64,000 nucleotides of DNA, from the NCBI GenBank assembly GCA_930982035.1, contig CAKNJL010000002.1, forward strand, positions 1,416 through 65,415, written 5' to 3'. Positions 49,299 to 58,350 of this stretch are shown here, one piece after another (positions within the stretch are counted from its first letter, which is position 1; each line of letters begins with the position of its first letter). The translations under genes and the position numbers were made by a program. Under the pieces are notes generated by a model. The model searched no databases. It had not been told where the DNA came from and saw nothing but the letters and a program-made list of their open reading frames with translations. The stretch comes from an uncultured Clostridium sp. (GTDB lineage: Bacteria > Bacillota > Clostridia > TANB77 > CAG-508).

Positions 49299-49815
49299 CT
49301 ACAATTTCTCTATATCATTATTATAAAAAATTGTTTCTTCAAATTCTTCAAATGTACATTCTTTGTTTTCAATCATTGATTTAATTTCATTCAAACTTAC
49401 ATATTTACACTTCATAACTTCACCATCATTGTATTTTAATGAATATAAAGATATATCTTTTCTTAGTATATAAATATATCTAAATTTATTTTTTCTTTTT
49501 AGAATCTTTATTAATTTTAATTCATTAGTTTTAACATTTATTCAAATTTCTTCTTGTAATTCTCGTATAATGCCATCAACACTCTTTTCTCCAGTTCTTA
49601 GTCCTCCATGTGTTTATTCCCATTTACCTCCACGATTTTTGTTAAGACTTCTTTGAGTTAATAATATTTGATTAGATGAATTAATAATAAAGCAATGCTC
49701 TGTTATTATATATTCATTATTTATTCAACTACCTATATCTTTTCTATTTATTATTTTACCAGTTGTGTTTCTATTTTGATTATACACATCGATTAATTCT
49801 TCTTTCTCATTCTCT
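49299..49815 (-). pseudogene. NUDIX hydrolase pseudogene with multiple stops and frameshifts
   Basis: The fragments read ELIDVYNQNRNTTGKIINRKDI, EHCFIINSSNQILLTQRSLNKNRGGKWE(stop)THGGLRTGEKSVDGIIRELQEEI(stop). This is a broken Nudix box. Confidence 0.6.
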
Positions 49816-49828
49816 ACCCACTACTATT

Positions 49829-50434
49829 TTATTTAACACTTTCCAAATAAGAAATTCTTTTTCCTTTTTCTTTTGCATATTCTATTTCTGATTTTGTACT
49901 TTCTCCAATATATCCGCCAACATTAATCACATAAATCTCATCAGACATATCTATTTTTTGTTTGTGCATTTCATCTAGCATTTTCTTAGTTTTTTCATCT
50001 ATTTCTTCTTTTTTTATACTATTAAAAAAATTAGGTGTTAAAACTATATTTCCATCTAATGTAAGTTTCTCTTGAATTTTTATAAATTCATCTTTAAATT
50101 TGATTGAACCACATAAGGTTATTATTTTATATTTATTTTTATTAAGAGATTCTGAACTTTGTATTCTTCCTTCTCTTGCATATTTAAAGAATAAATGAGC
50201 ACCCTTTTCTACTATCTCTCTAAATTCTTTTATCTCTTCTTAGCTGTAATTTCCATCTTGTTCTACTATCTCATAACTTGGTAGTTCAAAAACTACATTA
50301 TCAAACCCATTTTCTGTTGGTCTTTCAAAAGAAATTTTTATATATTCTTCACCATTATCTTTTTTTCTAATATCTGAAAAAACAACTAATGTTTCATCAG
50401 GATATTTAGCAAATTCATATACCATTACTATCAC
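49829..50434 (-). pseudogene. In-frame fusion of a ~94 aa family protein with small-protein paralog C, interrupted by one in-frame TAA (50240-50242)
   Basis: A single 606 nt frame reads ...EQDGNYS(TAA)EEIKEFREIVEKGAHLFFKYAREGRIQSSESLNKNKYKIITLCGSIKF...ISYLESVK. The homolog at 50884..51156 has D where the TAA sits. Confidence 0.6.
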
Positions 50435-50483
50435 ATTCCTTACAATTTTTTAGCATTGATGCATAGACTTTATTTAAAATCCT

Positions 50484-50601
50484 AAAAGGCAGGAAAGAGA
50501 TACAGAATGTATCTCCTAAACACATAGAAAAACAAGTTTTCTAGACCTCTGTTTTCTTTAAAATAATACAGAACAAATACAGAGTTACCACTTCGGTATA
50601 T
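50484..50601 (-). ncRNA. Conserved ~115 nt structured element, copy 2
   Basis: Same sequence family and the same terminal hairpin. It sits 50 nt upstream of 49829..50434. Confidence 0.4.
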
Positions 50602-50611
50602 TTTATAGGTA

Positions 50612-50875
50612 TTAACAATAAAATCTGACTTCTTGATCTGGGAAGTGTTTTTTCCACTCTGATATTATATAAAAATAGTTATTATCTACTGATTCCAACA
50701 ATTCTGTTAATTCTTTACTTGGAATTTTACTTTTATTATTTGCTAAAATACAACCACCACTTTTGGTTAGCCATACTTTTGTAGAATTAGGTGTTGGCTT
50801 TCCTTTTGAAATATGTATATGTATTGGTTCATTATTTTCATTTGACCAAAAATAAATTTTATATCCGTAAAATTT
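50612..50875 (-). pseudogene. DUF4160-like ORF lacking a canonical start codon
   Basis: The stop-to-stop frame reads KFYGYKIYFWSNENNEPIHIHISKGKPTPNSTKVWLTKSGGCIL...ISEWKKHF, matching the YG.kI.f.snE...P.H.H pattern. There is no ATG, GTG or TTG near its 5' end. Confidence 0.45.
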
Positions 50876-50883
50876 CTAGTATA

Positions 50884-51156
50884 TTAGGCACTAAGAATCC
50901 CTCCTTGTCTTGCCCATCTATAAAAAGATGGCAAACCTCTTTCCACTACAGTTCTAAACATTTCTATTTCTTCGTCTGTATAGTTTCCATCTTTGTATAA
51001 TATTTTACAACTTGGAAGTTCAAACCTAACACTATCAAAACCTTTTTCAGTAGGTCTTTCAAAATGCACATGTAAAATTTCTTCTCCATTTTCATTTTTC
51101 ATAATATGTGAAAAAACAACTTCTGTTTCATCAGCATATTTACAATAAGGATACAT
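50884..51156 (-). CDS. Hypothetical ~90 aa protein, paralog of the N-terminal part of 49829..50434
   Basis: MYPYCKYADETEVVFSHI...FERPTEKGFDSVRFELPS aligns with MVYEFAKYPDETLVVFSDI...FERPTENGFDNVVFELPS. Confidence 0.6.
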   Translation of the reverse strand: MYPYCKYADETEVVFSHIMKNENGEEILHVHFERPTEKGFDSVRFELPSCKILYKDGNYTDEEIEMFRTVVERGLPSFYRWARQGGILSA

Positions 51157-51378
51157 CACTTTCATCACTCTCTTTCTTTTCTATTTTTATTATTAATCAA
51201 ATTTATTTAAAATGCTTGTCTACTATTTCATTAAAGCTAATCCTTTTATATACTATCATTAGTATATCATAATTTGTTTAAATTTACTATATTTTTGGAT
51301 AACTTTAGAAATTTTTATTGAAATTTTAAAGTATCATTTAATGTATCATTTATAGTATCTTAAAGTATCATTGTATAT

Positions 51379-51452
51379 GATTGCTCTAAATAGGCTATTA
51401 CTCTACCATTTTACCTCTATACCATTTCCGGACATTAAGGAAATAGGTGTAT
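51379..51452. repeat. att-like junction repeat, copy b, abutting the truncation point of the deacetylase duplicate
   Basis: The same ~75 bp sequence. Identity with the intact deacetylase gene begins right after it, at GTATGATTTCCTAT. Confidence 0.75.
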
Positions 51453-51879
51453 GATTTCCTATTATATGTCCTTCATCTATCATTTGTTTTACTAAATCTT
51501 CTTGCGTATTTACATAGTGTGCTGTTAGAAAAAATGTGGCTTTTACATCATTTTCTTTTAATATTTTTAATATTTCACTTGTATAACCGGCTTCATAACC
51601 TTCGTCAAATGTTAGATATATTACTTTACTATCCTTGTTTCCTAAACATATTCCATTATTTTCTTCTAATATTTTTCTGTTTTCACTTCCTACATCTGGT
51701 TGTTCGTGATTGTCATTTCTTTTTATTCCCCATTCTATTTTTTTAGTGCTAACAACTTCTGTATTGGTATTTATAGCCTTTTCCTTCTGGCTTGTTATAA
51801 CACTTATTGATATAACTGCCATAAGCAATACCATTATAGTTATATTTCTAACTAACTGTTTTTTTATATTATTATGCAT
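51403..51879 (-). pseudogene. Truncated duplicate of the polysaccharide deacetylase gene (first ~143 codons identical to 41651..42469)
   Basis: Identical protein sequence up to ...MIDEGHIIGNHT, after which it diverges into the junction repeat (PISLMSGNGIEVKW, stop). Confidence 0.85.
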
Positions 51880-52029
51880 GATATTCCTCCTCTTGTTTTC
51901 TTTTGTTTAATTTTATGATTGATATTTAAAATTATTACTCTACTATTATGTCTTTTAAAAAATATATAAAATGAACAAATTTTTAAAAATTTTTTTATCA
52001 TAAAAAAGAGATATCTTTTTGATACCTCT
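51880..52029 (-). repeat. Cassette-junction repeat, copy 4 (upstream of the truncated deacetylase copy)
   Basis: The first ~60 nt are identical to copy 1, and the distal part has diverged. Confidence 0.75.
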
Positions 52030-52077
52030 TTTTATTTCCATTCCCTATGACCTTTGTAGGTTTTTAGCTATATTAAA

Positions 52078-52431
52078 TTATCTTCCATCATCAATAAGCC
52101 AGTTTCCTTTATTTACAATATTTCTACCTTTAGATATCTTTTGTTCATTTTTAGCAATGTTTTCTCCTATTCGCCCATTCATTTTTCTTATATTTTCTTC
52201 ATCAGTCAAGCTACTCGTATCAAAAGCACCTTCAGTTCTTATTGATGTTATTATTTGTTTAGTTGGTGATACTTCAACTTTAGCACCTTTAGTCCAAGTT
52301 ATCTTCTTCCCAGTTTTTTGTTCTATGTATCCCTCTATTTCTTCATCTTTCATTTCTTTCAATTTTTCATATGGTATTCCTATTCTTTTCGAAAGTAATT
52401 CTTTAGTTTTATTTGATAACTGAAAACTCAT
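52078..52431 (-). CDS. Hypothetical protein
   Basis: 117 aa ORF directly downstream of paralog B. No motif was recognised. Confidence 0.5.
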   Translation of the reverse strand: MSFQLSNKTKELLSKRIGIPYEKLKEMKDEEIEGYIEQKTGKKITWTKGAKVEVSPTKQIITSIRTEGAFDTSSLTDEENIRKMNGRIGENIAKNEQKISKGRNIVNKGNWLIDDGR

Positions 52432-52455
52432 TTTTCTTTCCTCCTAAATAAATTC

Positions 52456-52773
52456 CTATTCTGATTTCTTATTTTCCAAATAAGAAATCTTTTTTCCTCT
52501 TGCTTCGGCATATTCGATTTCATTTTTTGTACTTTCTCCAATATATCCTCCAACATTAATTACATAAATCTCATCAGACATATCTATTTTTTGTTTATGC
52601 ATTTCATCTAGCATTTTCTTAGTTTTTTCATCTATATCTTCTTTTTTTATATTCCTAAAAAAATTAGGTGTTAAGACAATATTTCCATCTAATATAAGTT
52701 TTTCCTGAACCTTCATAAATTCATCTTTAAATTTAATTGATCCACATAGAGTTATTATTTTGTATTCATGCAT
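52456..52773 (-). CDS. Small alpha/beta protein, paralog B of three
   Basis: About 85 percent identical by eye to 43313..43624 (YKIITLCGSIKFKDEF...YVINVGGYIGESTKNEIEYAEARGKKISYLE). Confidence 0.6.
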   Translation of the reverse strand: MHEYKIITLCGSIKFKDEFMKVQEKLILDGNIVLTPNFFRNIKKEDIDEKTKKMLDEMHKQKIDMSDEIYVINVGGYIGESTKNEIEYAEARGKKISYLENKKSE

Positions 52774-52849
52774 CAATTTTAGTCACTCGCTTTCTTTTTT
52801 AATATTTTCCAATATCCAGTCTTTTTTGAATCTTTTCTTTCAATGTACT

Positions 52850-54214
52850 CTATCGTGTTTTCTTATTTTGAGCTTCATCTAGCCATATATCAGCTAAAGT
52901 TATATTCCTTAATCCATCTTGACTTTTTCCTAAAGATACTGCACTTAAATTAACATTTCCCATTTTTAGTCCATTCTCTATTAACTCAAAATATGCCATT
53001 TCTTCTTTTTCAGTTGTATTCATATTTATTGCCTTTAATACAAAATCACTAATCTCATCATTTCTTATTTGTTTTCTTAATTTCCTTATATACATCAAGA
53101 ATGATTTTTCTTTATCCTTACTAGAAAATTTATCGCAAACTTCTTTTGCTCTTTCAAAGTCTTTTGTATTAGTCAAATTTTTTATTACTGTTCTTATTGC
53201 TTGCTCTAATTCTCCATCACATAACTTTTGTATTTGCATAATAGTTTTTTCTGGATTCTCTATATGATATTGCTCTGCCTTTTCCATTAACACAGTCTTT
53301 ATTTGTATTAAAATTTGTCTTTTTTCTTGTTCTTCTGTTATACTAAATCTGTTTTTGGGCTTGTTTACAATTCTTCTTTTTGCTTCTTTATCAATAATTT
53401 CATTTGCTATTTGAATATCTAAGGTTCCATTTGCTAAATCTCTTACAAGAGCTCCTATATCTTCAGAAATGTCATTTCTAACTCTATCTATAGCTTTCTG
53501 TTGAGTTATTTTTGATATTTTATTTTCTATTCTGCTTTTTACTGCTCCTACAACTATTGGATTATTTTTTTGCATTTCCATTGTTATTTTTTTCTTTAAC
53601 ATCTTTAATTCTTCTAATTTATCGCTTTGAGATTGTGCAACGTCAATAGCTTCCACTAATTTTTTAACTATTATTTTTCTACTTTTATTCATGTAAAAAT
53701 CATTTTTTTCTGTTTTATTTGAATTTAATTTTTTTAATTCTTCTGCGTGTGTTATAAAATATAACTTCTCTGCTTGTTCAACAGTTAATTGTTCATCTTC
53801 TATTTGCTTTACTTTAGTTAATATTGCCTTAACTTCTTTTCTTATTTCACTTTTAGGTGATTGTTTTATATATCTAGCCATTTCTTCGATTTCTGCTACA
53901 ATTAAATTTATTTGTTCAACTTTTTCTCTTGGTAATTCTTTTGGTTGCTTAACTTCAATTTCATTGCTTGTAAAATACAATTTTTTATATCTTTCTCTCA
54001 TTTGTTGCATTTTTGAGCCTGTCTGTTTATTTTTATCACTAGTTGATTTTTGAGTACTATAAGTTTTAGCTAAATTAGATTTTTCTAACATTTTTAATTC
54101 TAATTCACATTGTTTAATTTCTTCTATTGGTATATCTAATTCAAAAGATATCAATTCTAAATCAAATCCATGTTTTATTAATTTTTTTATTTCTTCTTTT
54201 TCAATATGTTTCAT
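52850..54214 (-). CDS. Hypothetical helical K/E-rich protein
   Basis: 454 aa ORF. A consensus promoter (TTGAAA, 17 nt spacer, TATAAT) lies on the minus strand at about 54300-54335. Confidence 0.55.
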   Translation of the reverse strand: MKHIEKEEIKKLIKHGFDLELISFELDIPIEEIKQCELELKMLEKSNLAKTYSTQKSTSDKNKQTGSKMQQMRERYKKLYFTSNEIEVKQPKELPREKVEQINLIVAEIEEMARYIKQSPKSEIRKEVKAILTKVKQIEDEQLTVEQAEKLYFITHAEELKKLNSNKTEKNDFYMNKSRKIIVKKLVEAIDVAQSQSDKLEELKMLKKKITMEMQKNNPIVVGAVKSRIENKISKITQQKAIDRVRNDISEDIGALVRDLANGTLDIQIANEIIDKEAKRRIVNKPKNRFSITEEQEKRQILIQIKTVLMEKAEQYHIENPEKTIMQIQKLCDGELEQAIRTVIKNLTNTKDFERAKEVCDKFSSKDKEKSFLMYIRKLRKQIRNDEISDFVLKAINMNTTEKEEMAYFELIENGLKMGNVNLSAVSLGKSQDGLRNITLADIWLDEAQNKKTR

Positions 54215-54510
54215 CTTATTCCCACTTTTCCTTATTTTTTTGTCCTCTTATAAAATTTTATCTATGTAACTTTAGAATCTATCTTTTGTTAATCTCATAA
54301 ATTTATTGAAATTATAACATAAGCTTATTGACTTTTCAATATTTATTGAACAAATCGGAAAGCCTTAAAATTTATATTAACTGTATCTTTCCTCGTTGGC
54401 TTTCCGTAAATTTGTTCTGTGCCAATTTTACGCTAGTAAAATTGTGTGCAACCATTGGAGCGTAGCGACTTTTATACAATAGGAAAGTATCACTTTCCTA
54501 TTGTAGTATA

Positions 54511-54547
54511 CAAAACACCACCAGATACATCTAGTGGTGTTTTGTTT
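54511..54547. terminator. Bidirectional intrinsic terminator hairpin after 54588..55784
   Basis: The stem AACACCAC / GTGGTGTT has a 12 nt loop and is flanked by an A-run and a T-run. Confidence 0.6.
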
Positions 54548-54587
54548 TAATACCAAGATTATTAAAAGTTTTAGTAAAGCTTGAAAA

Positions 54588-55784
54588 CTATTTCAATTCA
54601 TTCTCAAGCATTATAATTTTCTGCAATTCTGAAAGGAAAGTCAAAAGTTTTACTTTTCTTTCACTTTCATATTTCTGCACAAAATCATTGAGAAACTTTG
54701 AGAATGCCATATGAGCTATCTCTTTCTGTTCAACAGGAATCTTCGTTTCTCCCAGAATGATATCCCAATCCATTCTTTTCTTTCTAATCGCTATACTTGC
54801 GATTTCAATAATCTGTTTTTGTTCTTCATCAGACAATTGATTTAATTCCATAGCTTCCAGAACATAGCGAACTTTTTCCTCAACCGCCTGTGTCTTATCG
54901 ACACTCGCCAAAGTTTCCTCAAAATTTTTAATCTCAGGCATACATTCCATTTTTACTCTTGGTTTTGAAAAAACATTTTCTTTAGCCTCTTCTGAAATTT
55001 CTTCAATATTTCCTGTTGCTTCTTCTGCCAATTGTTCAGTAGATTCATCATATTCTTCAGTTTGTTTAAAAGAATAATCTTTATACTCTACAACTGCTTT
55101 TAAAAATGGTATCATTGTTATATTAAACTTTAATGAAACCTGCTTACGAGCCCAAATTTTATCCCATTCTGCACAAAGAATTTTCTTCTTTTCCAAGCCT
55201 TCTTCTAATTTTTTCCATGTGATAGTATCAACATCAGCTGATACTATTATTAAATTTTTAAAAAAGCTCTGCCTCTTTTCGTCTATTTCCATCCATTTTA
55301 CTATCAAGTCTGCAAAATTATCAAACGAAGTTGCTTTTTTTGCAATTTCTTTTAATTCTGGAATATTAACAGGTTTAGTCGCAGACTTTGTAACTTGTTT
55401 CTTTTTAGTAGTTGGTCCGTCTTTTTTCTTTTTAGCTTGTCCAGTCCGTTCAGAACCTTCAATTTCTTCAAACGTCCGTCCAACCTGCTCAGAATTTTCA
55501 TTCTCCTTGCTTTCCTGTTCAGGGTTCAGTTTGCTTTCAATCTGTACATGCTCATCTTCTCCGCTTTCTTTGAACTTCTTTCCACTGTGGAATTCAATCA
55601 CTTTGCAATTGTTTATTGCCTCCACAATTTCCATAGGAGGTTTCTGGAAAACAATTTTCATTTTTACCTCATTGCCTTCTATTGCAATGCTATTTTCATT
55701 ATCAAAGTTCTGAAAATATGCCCTAATCAAACGTCCAGCACTTCCCTCCTGTTTAATTTTTACCTTTGCATAAAACTCACTCAT
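54588..55784 (-). CDS. Hypothetical protein, visibly G+C-richer than its surroundings (probably foreign)
   Basis: 398 aa ORF. Stretches such as CCAGTCCGTTCAGAACC and CGTCCGTCCAACCTGCTC are atypical for this genome. No motif was recognised. Confidence 0.6.
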   Translation of the reverse strand: MSEFYAKVKIKQEGSAGRLIRAYFQNFDNENSIAIEGNEVKMKIVFQKPPMEIVEAINNCKVIEFHSGKKFKESGEDEHVQIESKLNPEQESKENENSEQVGRTFEEIEGSERTGQAKKKKDGPTTKKKQVTKSATKPVNIPELKEIAKKATSFDNFADLIVKWMEIDEKRQSFFKNLIIVSADVDTITWKKLEEGLEKKKILCAEWDKIWARKQVSLKFNITMIPFLKAVVEYKDYSFKQTEEYDESTEQLAEEATGNIEEISEEAKENVFSKPRVKMECMPEIKNFEETLASVDKTQAVEEKVRYVLEAMELNQLSDEEQKQIIEIASIAIRKKRMDWDIILGETKIPVEQKEIAHMAFSKFLNDFVQKYESERKVKLLTFLSELQKIIMLENELK

Positions 55785-56025
55785 CTTGTTTCTCCTTTCA
55801 TTGTTAAAAAGTTAATTGATGCAAATGTATCTTGGTATTTCTTCACTTTTTTGATGTTTAGTAAATAACTTACTAAAATACAATAAATATTTGAAAATAT
55901 TCCAATATATATCATATTATACTATGGTTCTACATAATTTTCAATGTATGATAAAAAATAGTGGATATAAAAAACTAGATAGTTCTTTTGTATTTATGAT
56001 TTTTATAAATTTCATATATTTTTAG

Positions 56026-57144
56026 TCATATTAAATTTTCTGGATTTAATCCTTCTAATTCTTTTAATACAAACCTTCCATCTTTTCTTACCAAAACATC
56101 ATCAAAATATATTTCTCCACCACCATATTCTGGAGTTTGAATATTTACTATATCCCAATGAATACTTGAACGGTTACCATTATCGCTCTCTTCCAAGCTA
56201 TCACCTGGTGTAAAGTGAAAACTTCCCTTTATTTTTTCATCAAATAAGGTATCTCCTATTGGCTTTTCTATATATGGATTTAATCCAAAGGCAAACTCTC
56301 CTATATATCTTGCTCCTTCGTCTGTATCTAATATCTCATTTAGTTCTTTTGTTTTGTTGGCTGTTGCTTTTATTATTTTACCATCTTTAAATTCAAATCT
56401 TATATTATTGAATAAAACTCCATTATAGCTTGTTTCTGTGTTATATGTTATATATCCATTCACACTTGTTTTTACTGGTGCTGATGCTACTTCCCCATCT
56501 GGTATATTAAATGTGCCTGTATATTTTTCTGCTGGTATTCCTTTTACGCTAAATGTTAAATCTGTTCCTTCACCTATAATATGAACTTTATCTGTCTTAT
56601 TCAACAAATCTTTTAGTGAATCCATTGCTTTTGACATTTTTGAATAATCTAAATTGCATACATTAAAGAAAAAGTCTTCAAAATCATCTTTATTCATTTT
56701 GCTCATTTGCGCCATTGAATTGTTTGGATATCTTAGAATACACCATTTTGTATTTTTTACTCTCTCTTCAAAATGGACTGGAACAGTATAGTATTTGTTA
56801 TATAATTCCATTATTTCTTTTGGTATTCCACTAAGCTCACTAGTATTAGGCGTTGCTCTTATTCCAATATATGCTTGCATATCTCTCATTCTTGCCTCAT
56901 CATGTTTTCCATACATTTTTATTTGCTCTTCTGTTGCATTTTTCAACATTACTCTTAACATTTCATAGTTTACTATATTAAAATATGGTTTTGCTTCTAA
57001 TTCTTCTGCTCTTTTTATTAATTCTTTTGCAAGTGGTATTCCATCTTCTCCTAATACTTCTATTAAAATATTATCTCCTTTTTGAATATTTACAGAGTAT
57101 GTTAATAAGTTATTTGCTAGTTTTTCAATCCTTAAATCTTTCAT
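56026..57144 (-). CDS. Aminopeptidase of the M29 family (AmpS/PepS type)
   Basis: 372 aa. The N-terminus is MKDLRIEKLANNLLTYSVNIQKGDNILIEV, with IPDGEVASAP and GSFHFTPG / HWDIV near the C-terminus. Confidence 0.85.
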   Translation of the reverse strand: MKDLRIEKLANNLLTYSVNIQKGDNILIEVLGEDGIPLAKELIKRAEELEAKPYFNIVNYEMLRVMLKNATEEQIKMYGKHDEARMRDMQAYIGIRATPNTSELSGIPKEIMELYNKYYTVPVHFEERVKNTKWCILRYPNNSMAQMSKMNKDDFEDFFFNVCNLDYSKMSKAMDSLKDLLNKTDKVHIIGEGTDLTFSVKGIPAEKYTGTFNIPDGEVASAPVKTSVNGYITYNTETSYNGVLFNNIRFEFKDGKIIKATANKTKELNEILDTDEGARYIGEFAFGLNPYIEKPIGDTLFDEKIKGSFHFTPGDSLEESDNGNRSSIHWDIVNIQTPEYGGGEIYFDDVLVRKDGRFVLKELEGLNPENLI

Positions 57145-57521
57145 AATTTTATTCTCCTTTATTCCATAGTTTTATATGCATTTTGTAAAATATCATATCT
57201 ATATTTTATTACTCTTTTATAAAATTCTTTTCTTTCATTTATAATTATTAAATTCTTCTACTGCATTTGTAAAATCTATCATTTCTTTCATCCTTTCTAG
57301 AAACTTTATATGCCTTAGTATATCATATTTAATAAAAATTTACTATACTATTTATTTAAAAAATTCAAGTGTAAATTATGATAATTTCTTTTATTTTTTT
57401 AGTTTTTTATATCTAACTATTTAACCCCCTTCTTGTAACTCTATCTCTTTGACTCTTTATTTACACTACTATTATCTCTTTTACTATTCAAATAAATTTG
57501 TCGATATGGTATTGACAATAT

Positions 57522-57550
57522 GAATTTTTTAGAATATATTGTTGTTGCAA
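57522..57550 (+). promoter_or_regulatory. Sigma-A type promoter for the LytTR regulator and kinase operon
   Basis: TTGACA (57522-57527), an exact 17 nt spacer, and TATATT (57545-57550). It lies about 85 nt upstream of the ATG at 57634. Confidence 0.6.
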
Positions 57551-57633
57551 CTGGAAAAATAAGGTAATTATTTTTTTATTGTCAAATTTTATGTTTTTTT
57601 AAAACGTATATTTTTTAGGAGGGGATTTTATAT

Positions 57634-58350
57634 ATGTTAAATTTTGTAATTTGTGATGATAATTTAAATATTTTAGATAGGTTGGAGAAACTCTTAGAAA
57701 ATATATTTACAAAAAACAACCTTGAGGGTCAAGTTTCTTTTAAGTTTAATAATTTTGAAGATTTACTAGAATGTTTTGATAATGGAAATCAAGTGGATGT
57801 TTTGTTATTGGATATTAATTTAAAATCTCAGAAAACTGGCTTAGATTTGGCTGAAGAAATTAGAAAAAAGAATAAAAATGTTTATTTAATATTTACTACT
57901 GGTCACTTGGAATATGCCATGATTGCTTATAAATATAAAACTTTTGATTATTTAGCTAAACCGATTACTTACGAAAGATTAGAAGATACTGTTAAAAGAC
58001 TTTTTGATGATATTTATGGATTACCAAAAAAGTATATTAAGATTGATAACAAGAATACACTGGTTGATGAAAGTCAAATTCAGTATATTAAAAGAGATGG
58101 TATGAAGCTTGATTTTCATACCTCTTCTAAAGATTACGAATCTTACAGTTCATTTAATAAAATACAGGATAATTTACCCGATAATTTTGTAAGATGTCAT
58201 AAGTCTTATATTGTTAATTTGAATAATATTAAGAATGTTGATCCAGTTACTTTAACTATTTATTTTGATGATACTAATTTTTGTAGTATCGGTCCTAAAT
58301 ATAAAAAAGATTTTATGGAGGTTATGAAAAATCATGGAATTATTAAATAA
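57634..58350 (+). CDS. LytTR/AgrA-family response regulator
   Basis: Receiver domain (FVICDDN, DVLLLDINL) plus a C-terminal LytTR domain (FVRCHKSYIVNLNNI). Confidence 0.9.
   Translation: MLNFVICDDNLNILDRLEKLLENIFTKNNLEGQVSFKFNNFEDLLECFDNGNQVDVLLLDINLKSQKTGLDLAEEIRKKNKNVYLIFTTGHLEYAMIAYKYKTFDYLAKPITYERLEDTVKRLFDDIYGLPKKYIKIDNKNTLVDESQIQYIKRDGMKLDFHTSSKDYESYSSFNKIQDNLPDNFVRCHKSYIVNLNNIKNVDPVTLTIYFDDTNFCSIGPKYKKDFMEVMKNHGIIK

Noticed and set aside
50240-50242. The in-frame TAA as evidence for stop-codon reassignment
   Set aside because: TAA terminates most clearly delimited genes in this window, so a nonsense mutation or pseudogene is the simpler explanation.
42470-52029. The cassette-junction repeats as integron attC sites
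   Set aside because: There is no IntI-type integrase or attI, and the repeats look like a terminator plus promoter plus leader rather than attC bottom-strand hairpins.
57190-57300. A 15-18 codon minus-strand mini-ORF (M(KEM)IDFTNAVEEFNNYK) upstream of the aminopeptidase gene as a leader peptide
   Set aside because: It is very short, lies in A/T-rich DNA, has no conserved attenuator structure nearby, and probably arises by chance.
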